From the human T2T-CHM13v2.0 reference genome, Homo sapiens: a stretch of 64,000 bases of DNA. The notes beneath the pieces were generated by a model that was given only the letters and a program-made list of their open reading frames with translations, had not been told where the DNA came from and did no database searches. Made by a program: the position numbers and the translations under genes. Shown piece after piece: positions 53,956-64,000 of this stretch. Positions within the stretch are counted from its first letter, which is position 1. The number at the start of each line of letters is the position of its first letter. Location of the stretch: assembly GCF_009914755.1 (NCBI RefSeq), contig NC_060931.1, one strand, 5' to 3'.

Positions 53956-56900
53956 ATGACAGGATCAAATTCACACATAGCAATATTAACCTTAAATGTA
54001 AATGGAATGAATGCCCCAATTAAAAGACACAGACTGGCAAATTGAATAAAGAGTCAAGACTCATCGTTGTGCTGTATTCAGCAGACCCATCTCACATGCG
54101 AAAACACACATAGGCTCAAAATAAAAGGATGGAGAAATATTTACCAAGCAAATGGAGAGGAAAAAAAAACAGGAGTTGTAATCTTAGTCTCTGAAAAAAC
54201 AGACGTTAAACCAACAAAGATCAAAAAAGACAAAGAAGGGCATTATATAATGGTAAAGGGATCAATGCAACAAGAAGAGCTAATTATCCTAAACATGGAT
54301 GCACCCAATACAGAAGCACCCAGATTTATAAAGCAAGTTCTAAGAAACCTGCAAAGAGACTTAGACTCCCACATAATAATAGTGGGAGACTTTAACACCC
54401 CAGTGTTAATATTAGGCAGATCAACAAGACAAAAAATTAACAAGGGTATTCAGGAGTTGAACTCAGCTCTGGACCAAGCGGACCTAATAGACATCTACAG
54501 AACTCTCCACCTCAAATCAACACAATATACATTTTTCTCAGCACCACATTGCACTTATTCTAAAATTGACCACAAAATTGGAAGTAAAACACTCCTCGCA
54601 AATGCAAAATAACGGAACCCTCTCTCAGACCACAGTGCAGTCAAATTAGAACTCAGGATTAAGAAACTCACTCAAAACCACACAACAACAGAGAAACTGA
54701 ATGACCTGCTCCTGAATGACTACTGGGTAAATGACATAATTAAGGGAGAAATAAATAAGTTATTTGAAATCAGTGAGAACAAAGACACAATGTACCAAAA
54801 TCTCTGGGACACAGCTAAAGCAGTGTTTAGAGGGAAATTTATAGCACTAAATGCCCACAGGAGAAAGCAGGAAAGATCTAAAATCGACACTTTAAATCAC
54901 AATTAAAAGAACTAGAGCAAGAGCTAACAAATTCAAAAGCTAGCAGAAGACAAGAAATAACTAAGATCAGAGCAGAACTGAAGGAGATAGAGACACGAAA
55001 AACCCTTCAAGGGATCAATGAATCTGGGAGCTGGTTTTTTGAAAAGATTAACAAAATAGATAGACCACTAGCCAGAATGATGAAGAAGAAAAGAGAGAAG
55101 AATCAAATAGACACAATAAAAAATGATAAAGGGGATATCACCACTGATCCCACAGAAATACAAACTACCACCAGAAAATACTATAAACACCTCTACAAAA
55201 ATAAACTAGAAAATCTAGAAGAAATGGATAAATTCCTGGACACATACACCCTCCCAAGACTAAACCAGAAAGAAGTTGAATCACTGAATAGAGCAATAAC
55301 AAGTTCTGAAATTGAGGCAATAATTAATAGCCTTCCACTAAAGAAAAGCTCAGGGCCAGAGAGATTCACAGCTGAATTCTACCAGAGGTACAAAGACGAG
55401 CTGGTACCATTCCTTCTAAAGTCTTTTTATGAAGCCAGCATCATCCTGATGACAAAACCTAGGAAACATAACACAAAACACAAAAAAGAAAATTTCAGTC
55501 CAATATCCCTAATGAATATTGATGTGAAAATCCTCAATAAAATACTGGCAAACTGAATCCAGCAGCACATTAATAAGCTTATCCACCATGATCAAGTGGG
55601 CTTCATCCCTGGGAAACAAGGCTGGTTCAACATGTGCAAATCAATAAACGTAATCCATCGCATAAATAGAACCAATGACAAAAACCACTTGATTCTCTCA
55701 ATAGATGCAGAAAAGTCCTTTGATAAAATTCAACACCCCTTCATGCTAAAAGCACTCAATAAACTAGGTAGTGACGGAACGTATCTCAAAATAATAAGAG
55801 CTATTTGTGACAAATCCACAGCCAATATCATGCTGAATTGGCAAAAGCTGGAAGCATTCCCTTTGAAAACCAGCACAAGACAAGGAAGCTGTCTCTCACC
55901 ACTACTATTCAACATAGTATTGGAAGTTCTGGCCAGGGCAATAAGGCAAGAGAAAGAAATAAAGGGTATTCAAATAGGAAGACAGGAAGTCAAATTGTCT
56001 CTGTTTGCAGATGACATAATTGTATGTTTAGGAAACCCCATCCTCTCCGTCCAAAAACTCCTTAAGCTGCTAAGCAACTTCAGCAAAGTCTCAGGATACA
56101 AAATCAATGTGCAAAAATCACAAGCATTCCTATATGCCAATAATAGGCAAACAGAGAGCCAAATCATGAGAACTTCCATTCACAATTGCTACAAAGAGAA
56201 TAAAATATCTAGGAATACAACTTACAAGGGATGTTAAGGACCTCTTCCAAGAGAATTACAAACCACTGCTCAAGGAAACAAGAGAGGCCACAAACAAATA
56301 GAAAAACATTCCATGCTCATGTATAGGAAGAATCAACAATGTGAAAATGGCCATACTGCTCAAATTTATAGATTCAAGCTACCATTGATATTCTTCACAG
56401 ATTTAGAAAAAAACTACTTTAAATTTCATGTGGAACCAAAAAAGAGCCTGTATAGCCAAGACAATCCTAAGCCAAAAGAACAAAGCTGGAAGCATCATGC
56501 TACCTGACGTCAAACTACACTACAAGGCTACAGTAACCAAAACAGTTTGGTACTGGTACCAAAACAGATATATAGACCAATGGAACAGAACAGAGGCCCC
56601 AGAAATAACACCACACATCTACAACCATCAATCTTCAACAAACCTGACAAAAACAATCAATGGGGAAAGGAGTCCCTATTTAATAAATGGTGCTGGGAAA
56701 ACTGGCTAGCCATATGTGGAAAACTAAAAGTGGATCCCTTCCCTACACCTTATACAAAAATTAATTCAAGATTGATTAAAGATTTAAAAGTAAGACCTAA
56801 AACCATAAAAACTCTAGAAGAAAACGTAGGCAATACCATTCAGGACATAGGCAAGGGGAAAGACTTCATGACTAAAACACCAAAAGCAATTGCAACAAAA

Positions 56901-57713
56901 GCCTAAATTGACAAATGGGATCTAATTAAACTAAAGAGCTGCTCCACAGAAAAAGAAACTATCATCAGAGTGAAAGGCACCCTACAGAATGGGAGAAAAT
57001 TGTAATCTATCCATCTGACAAAAGGCTAATATCCAGAATCTACAAGGAACTTAAATAAATGTACAATAAAAAAACAAACAGTCCCATCAAACAATGGGGA
57101 AAGGATACAGACACTTCTCAAAAGAAGACATTTATAATTTATACGGCTAACAAACATATGAAAAAAACTCATCATTACTGGTCATTAGAGAAATGCAAAT
57201 CAAAACTACAATGAGATACCATCTCATGCCAATTAGAATTGTAATCATTAAAAAGTCAAGTAACAACAGATGCTTGAGAGGATGTGGAGAAATAGGAATG
57301 TTTTTCCACTGTTGGTGGGAGTGTAAATTAGGTCAAACATTGTGGAAGATAGTGTGGCGATTCCTCAAGGATCTAGAACCAGAAATACCATTTGACCCAG
57401 CAATCCCATTACTGGGTATATATACCCAAAGGATTATAAGTCATGCTACTATAAAGACACATGCACACATATGTTTATTGCAGCACTATTCACAATAGCA
57501 AAGACTTGGAACCAACCCAAATGCCCATCAATGATAGACTGGATAAAGAAAATGTGGCACATATACACCATGGAATACTATGCAGCCTTAAAAAAGAATG
57601 AGTTCATGTTCTTTGCAGGGACATGGATGAAGCTGGAAACCATCATTCTCAGCAAAGTAACACAGGAACAGTAAACCAAACACTGCATATTCTCACTTAT
57701 AAGTGGGAGTTGA
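53956..57713 (+). pseudogene. L1 ORF2p (endonuclease/reverse transcriptase) remnant
   Basis: MTGSNSHI start, GDFNTP, LFADD and C-terminal HCWWEC motifs; broken into many ORF fragments. Confidence 0.92.
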
Positions 57714-57963
57714 ACAATGAGAACATATGGGCACAGGAAGGGGAACATCACACACTGGAGCCTGTCAGGGGGTTGGGGGCAAGGGGAGGGATAGCATTAA
57801 GAGAAATACCTAATGTAGATGACGGGTTGATGGGTGCAGCAAACCACCAAGGCACGTGTATATCTATGTAACAAACCTGCACGTTTTGCATGTGTATCCT
57901 AGAATTTAAGTATAATAACAAAAATAAAAAGATAGTAACAAACTATAGAAATGATCCCTGAAA

Positions 57964-58480
57964 GTATGTTTATTGCAACACTATTTACAAGAGCAAAGAC
58001 TTGGAACCAACCCCAGTGCCCATCAATGATAGACTGGCTAAAGAAAATGTGGCACACATACACCATGGAATACTATGCAGCCATAAAAAAGGATGAGTTC
58101 ATGTCCTTTGCAGGGACATGGATGAAGATGGAAACCATAATCCTCAGCAAACTAACACAGGAACAGTAAACCAAACACTGCATGTTCTCACTCATAAGTG
58201 TGAGTTGAACAATGAGAACACATGGACACAGGGAGGCAAACATCACACACTGGGGCCTGTCAGGGGGCAGGGGAAAAGGGGAGGGAAAGCATTAGGACAA
58301 ATACCTAATGGAAGTAGGGCTTAAAACCTAGATGACAGGTTGATAGGTGCAGCAAACCACCATGGTACATGTATACTTATGTAACAAACCTGCACACTCT
58401 GCACGTGTATCCCAGAACTTAAAGTAAAATAAAATAAATAAATAAAATACAAAAATAAAAATAAGAAATACAAAAAAATA
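57964..58480 (+). mobile_element. Second 5'-truncated L1PA (PA8-10-like) 3' end
   Basis: Second ORF2 C-terminus and 3'UTR carrying gggcttaaaacctagatgac, which the first copy lacks; (TAAAA)n tail. Confidence 0.92.
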
Positions 58481-58694
58481 CTCACCTGTCATAAACTGCT
58501 AAAAGCAAGTTAAGAGTGAGTTGTATTCCGGAGCAACAACTCCTGAGGACTACTTCCAAAACCGATGCATTCCAAAAGCTTTAAATGTTGTGATGAGACT
58601 GGAACTGCTCTTTGACAACTCTCAATGTTTGTCACTCTGCTGAGATTTCAAACTGGACAGGGCTTTGACTCACTATGAAAAAATGCAATGTTTT

Positions 58695-59020
58695 CATTAA
58701 TGTATTCAAAAATATTTATTGGTTTACTAAGTAACCAACCGCATGCTAGGTATCGAGATAATAAAGAAAAAAAAGTCTTCTCTGCAATAAATTCACAATC
58801 TAGTGAGAAAACAAGCACATAAGCAAACTATGGTAGGTATAGTAATGGAGTTTCAATGAATTTTAAATGCATAGAACATTGAAAAACACAGACAGTAGCA
58901 CCTAATCCAGCATGATTGGTCAGGGCAGGTTTCCTGGAGGACAATATACTGAAACTGAGCCTTGTAAAATGAATAAGCTTTTCTCCGACAGAGAGGAGGG
59001 AAAAAGAGGCTTCCCTTATA
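58695..59020 (-). mobile_element. L2 fragment
   Basis: attcaaaaatatttattgg...gtcagggcaggtttcctggagga...ctgagccttg. Confidence 0.65.
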
Positions 59021-60599
59021 CCCCTTATGAAAGGGGTAAATATTTCCAACAGTAGCAATGTTAATCACCATTGACATTTCCTGCTTGTTAAGTGATCGGT
59101 GCCTGAATGCTGAACACAACCCACAATTGCAAATGTTGCTTTGAGAACAAGATGCAAACAAGAAAATGGTAAATATAAGGATCTATACAGAGCTTTTGAC
59201 AATTATTTTGATTTGAAGTTTACTTAGAATTGACTTCATTGTAGAAATGACTTTGAAGTTATGTGGTTGAAGGTGTGCTCAATTAAATGATCATTGCATT
59301 TATTGTTTTGTTTGTTTAAATGCAGTATTATCTGGGACACTCATACTTAAAATAATTTTAATCTTCCAAGGAAGTTTGATAGTTAAAAAGTTGTGAAAGA
59401 TTATTTGTCTGATAAATACAATCAGTAATTTTTGAGATGTCATACATTTTACAGTGTACAATTTACACTTCCCTTGTTGTGTCTAGCCCTCTGGAATTAA
59501 TGAGAATAGTGTGGCAGAATGCCCAGAGGCAGAAGCTAACAAGTGCTTTTAAAAATATGTAACACTCCTTATCTCCTGCCACTCCTAATACACAATGCGC
59601 ATTTGAGCCTGAGTATGTTATATGCCATACTTACACACTGTACATGCCCCATCAACCTGTTCACACCTGTACTCATGTGCTCTTTTTGCTGAGTAGCTAC
59701 ACCTCTTTCCACTCCCTGAGTGACTCACGAACAATTGTCGTGTATCTTAGTTTCTGATCTTATATATGTGGTAGTGCTTCTCACTATCACTAGTTTATAC
59801 ATACGCTTTTGGGCTTCAAGTGTCAAAATCATTGTATTTGTTAATTACTTTTATTAAAGCTACCAATTCAATTGTGTCGAACATAGTCAAATTTTCCCAC
59901 CTTAAAAAGAACTTGACAATCTTAATCTACCTTTAAAAATTTAACAACTGTCAGAAATTATATTAATTTATGGTTTCTCCTTAGGGTTAGTGAGATCCTG
60001 TGAAGTAGTAGGACCCTAATAAGAAGGTATCTCCTTGGTACCTTGTGGGGAAATTGATTTTTCCAAGTTTTAATGAGATTTAAATGCTTTGCTGGCTACA
60101 CAACAGCAAACATTGGAGTTTACCCAACAATTTATTGGCTAGGAATACGAGAAATCTAATTCTAGAGGGTACTAAAAGCATTGGAGAATATGTGATACTG
60201 TAATAAAATGCCTAGGTAGATTAATAACACAATTATTGGAAAGATACAAATTGAATCATTGTGAACAAATACCATAAAACAATGTCCCAACTTCTATTTT
60301 TATACTTTTATTTGTCTTTATGGAGCACTCTTAATTTTTGACCATTAGATTATGGCTGGGAAAATCAGGCCCATCAGAAATTCTCAAAAGTCACTGGCCA
60401 AAACTCACCAGAAGCCAGAGGTCAAGAGAACCATTGATGCAGCTCATTCATTCAGCCCCAGAAGCGTGGAGCAGAGTGGAAAGGGTGAAGAAAGGAAATG
60501 GGGTTCCACAGAGACGATTTCAACTGTCCATTTTCATCAGAAAAACTTAAAATAACACCTAATTAACTTCTCACCTAGTTGTATACAAAAATGTTACAG

Positions 60600-60757
60600 C
60601 TTGTTTCTTTCTTTCCCTCCCTTTGTCTTTCTTCTTCCTTCCTTCCTTTCTTTGTTTTCTCTTACTTTCTTTCTTTCTTTTCTTTCTTTCTTTTTCTCTT
60701 TCTTTCTTTCTTTCTTTTTTTCTCTGTTTCTTCTTTTCGTTCTTTTTTCTTTTTTAT
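60600..60757. repeat. (TTTC)n / CT-rich simple repeat
   Basis: About 155-bp polypyrimidine tract. Confidence 0.9.
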
Positions 60758-62159
60758 CTGAAAAACTGAGTTTTTATTAAAGGGATAATTTTTAAAATCT
60801 CACTAAAGATTTTTGTAGTAAGAATGGGGTACATCTCAGTTGCTACACATACTAGCAAGAAGTGAGTGTGAAAAGATCTGCCTTTGATTATCTCGTCAGA
60901 TTAATATACTTTAAAACAGCTCTTAGGTTTGTTTTTCTTCCTCTGAGTAATTATAGGTTGAAACTTTAATTTCAACCTGATATAGTGTGGCTGTATAGAA
61001 TGAAATGGCATTTTGATATTTTTAGCAGAATATATAAAAGGACTCATAAAAATACTAATCTAAAATAATATTGTTCTGTAGTGGTTTGTAAATACTATCA
61101 CATTACATCCTCATTTTTCATAGTTCAATATCCATGTCTATTAGGAAGAGGCATAATATTTCTTTTTGATACATTAGTAAGGTAATTACTTGGAAAACAT
61201 ACCAAAAAAGAGCTATCTTATGCAAATTCCATTTAACCACAAATGGCATTTGACAATGATGCAGGTATTCATTTTTGATCAAAAAATTTAGCTACCCAGA
61301 ACTGTTTACAATAAACATCATAGAAAATGCCATTTGTTCCAGATAGTTGCTCTATTTATTTAATTGATGCTTATGATCAAATTGCAGTGCAAGTTTCCAG
61401 ATATGCATATTGATGAACTAGATGTAACACAGTAAGTTTCTATATTATTTTTTAAAGTACTCTATGATCCAGTGGATTTGAAATTTGCAGCTACTGTCTG
61501 GTTTTACTAATCTTTGCAAATTTTAAAAAGGAAAAATTAATAAAATATAACTATAGATGACACAAATATGTACATGTTACTCTTTGAACATGAATAATTT
61601 ATAAAACTTGCTGAATAAAAGTAAACATCAAGATTATTTCTATTTTATATCTTTCTTTGGCTTTCCCATTGTTGTAAATGCTAGCAATCAAGATAAGCAG
61701 TAATCCATATTCTATATCAATTATTAATTGCTATTATACATCTATATCATTAATTGACATTACTTTATATACAGCTACAAAGGTTTTTGTGTAGCAATGA
61801 CACAGATTGCAGACATCACATTAAGAAATTTGTTTCATTAGTCTATACTTTTGCTCTGTTGTCTCTTCTGGATGAGAAAAGTACTTCATTAATAACATGG
61901 GATTTTCTAAGTTGTATTTAGGTTTTAATGTTTTCATGACAGCAATCTGACTGCGTTTATTTAAATTTAAAATATACATACCCTTTACGCAATTTCATTC
62001 TGGGAACTTAGGCAACCAAAAAAGAAACCTACCAATACACAAGATGCAATTAGAAGATATTTATTACCATATTATTTATGTAGACCAAAAATAAAAAATA
62101 AAAATAAACTGTCAAAAAGTCTATCAATAAGAGAATGTTTAATAAGTTATGGAGTAGGC

Positions 62160-62410
62160 ATTGGGCTAGTCTGGTTCTTATGAGATGCAGATGGCAAGAC
62201 AATTAAATATGCAAAGATTTATTAGGAAAAATGCATATAGGAGAGAATATTGGGTGGGAGCATCTGAAACTACCCTGCAGTCTGAAGAAAGTTCAGTGAA
62301 GCCATCGGGGAGTCTGTGAGCCTAAATAGCAAGAAGGTAAGTATTCCTTCATGCACATGGAATCTTTGATACATACATTGATAAGCCATGAGGCAGGGAA
62401 GAGTTAGTAA
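62160..62410 (-). mobile_element. LTR16-like ERVL LTR fragment
   Basis: gatgcagatggcaagac...tgcaaagatttattagg. Confidence 0.45.
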
Positions 62411-62569
62411 TACCCCAAATATCTCCAAGTTTTCTTACCTTTATGACTAATGGTACCAGTCTGTCTACCAGGATTAATTCTGCACCTACAAACACTACCC
62501 CAGCTTCAAAGTTCAGCTCAAATATTATCCTCAAGCTTGCTACTCATGTACGTAGAAATTTCATTTCTA

Positions 62570-62972
62570 CGGTATTCTTGAAATAAAACTATAGAGATGG
62601 AGAACAAGGTTAGTGGTTGCGAGGAGTTAGGATTAGGAAGGGTGTGGCTATAAAGGCATAGCACAAAGGATCTTTATGGTAATGGAATAGTTCTGTATCT
62701 GAGACCTGAAGATGTTTATTAGCACATATTAACATTACATGGTGGTAATATTCAACGGCTCAAGGGACAAACTTGCATAAGAGTACACACACAAAAAATA
62801 TAGAAAATTGATGAAATTTGAGTAAGCTCTGTGGATTGTACTAACGTCAATTTCTTGTCTTTGCTATTGTAGTTATCATTGGAAGAAACTGGGTAAGAGG
62901 TACACAGGACTGCCTTGTACATATTTTGCAACTTCTTGTGAATCTGTAATTCTTTAAATATAAAAAAATTAT
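62570..62972 (+). mobile_element. L1MC/MD-like 3' end nested in an L1ME-like element (about 61960-63355)
   Basis: aaaactatagagatggagaaca...ttagtggttgc...tttgcaacttcttgtgaatctgtaatt. Confidence 0.75.
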
Positions 62973-64000
62973 ATATGTACAAAAAAATGTGCATGGCCAA
63001 ATTATTTGTAATTGTCCCAAATTGAAATAAAATCAAATGACCATCAAGAATAGAATGAATACAAGAATTGTAGCATTTTCACACAACAGCCTTAAAGCAA
63101 TGCTGCACGCAACACAGATGATTTTCACAAATGTAATATGGAACAAAAGAAGCCAGTATACACTGTATTACATACTTTTCTTAAAAGTAACCTATGTGCT
63201 GTATATCAGCATAGTGGTTATCCTTGGAAGGGTAGTGCCTGGTAAGAGGCATAAAGATACTAAAAATGTTTCATTTCTTGATTAGGTTGCGTGGTATGTT
63301 CACTTGTAAAAATTATCTAAGATGACACTTGCATGTGTTTTACACTTTAATAAAATGTATATTTGAGGAATAATTGCTAAGGAAACCAGCTGTGTATTTT
63401 TATCACATTTTGTCTGATTGATAGATGGGTAAGAGTGAGTTAAGACGATCAAAAATAATTAAAAATAAAAAGATTTTTAATTCTATGCTTAAAAAAACTA
63501 CTTTGGAGAGTATACAAAATTACATAGCTATTTTTAACTCACTTTCTTTCCTAGTTAGGGATAAAAAACACTGAGCAGGTGAAGGATTCTTTTTTTTTTT
63601 TAATGGTGGCCTGAGAATCCAAATAAAATGATGAAACCAATAGAAATATATTCATATATACTTGTATGTCTAGTCTATGACTTACATGTGTCCAGGCTTT
63701 GACAAATTATCATCAAAGTGACAATTGTTCCTGGAGAGCCCCAGCTGGGGAAAGTGCAGCTGAAGATGTTTCTTAGCACATATACCATTACATGGGACTC
63801 ACGTAACTTGAAAAATGCTGCAGCTGTAAACCTTTCTCAGTTGAGGCAAGACAATGGAGTTTAAATATTTACTGTATAACAGCAGGTGCTAAGTTCCATG
63901 TTAGGTAGGAATTGTTTATTTTGTTAATCTTCTCTCAGCCAATGTAGGGTGATTAGTTTATTATTAGTGTATGCTTAGCCAGAGATTTTATAGCTATAAT

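Larger units (their letters stand above)
51535..57928 (+). mobile_element. Full-length, inactivated L1PA7-like LINE-1 (about 6.4 kb)
   Basis: 5'UTR gaataggaacagctccagtctgcagctccc, then ORF1, ORF2, 3'UTR and A tail; TSD aagatagta at 51526-51534 and 57929-57937. Confidence 0.95.

Noticed and set aside
52873-57713. Potentially active L1
   Set aside because: Multiple stops, frameshifts and deletions in both ORFs
60579-60761. Phe/Ser-rich hydrophobic ORF
   Set aside because: Translation of the (TTTC)n tract
63739-63750. 12-bp palindrome ccccagctgggg
   Set aside because: Expected by chance in 64 kb

Overview
AT-rich, repeat-dense primate genomic DNA (human or ape, judged from AluY, LTR12C and L1PA elements), intergenic or deep-intronic. 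I recognise no host protein-coding exon, tRNA/rRNA gene or CRISPR array, and almost all ORFs in the track fall inside repeats. The main content is: a triple nest (L2 > LTR8-family LTR > 1.9-kb LTR12C solo LTR with an expanded CCAAT array and a duplicated core promoter); a full-length but inactivated L1PA7-like LINE-1 (51535-57928) followed by a second L1PA 3' end; a long old L1M on the minus strand with nested inserts; about ten Alus or Alu monomers; MaLR/ERVL LTRs; and Tigger/hAT fossils. Signals in unique DNA are a near-consensus CTCF motif (51064-51082), a 23-bp-stem hairpin (30905-30975), several minus-strand exon-like segments that could belong to a spliced non-coding transcript, and a 36-37-bp locally templated copy. 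I see no convincing new biological system; the best lead is the hairpin-containing exon/lncRNA hypothesis, which is inference. Repeat subfamily names come from my recollection of consensus sequences and need RepeatMasker/Dfam confirmation.
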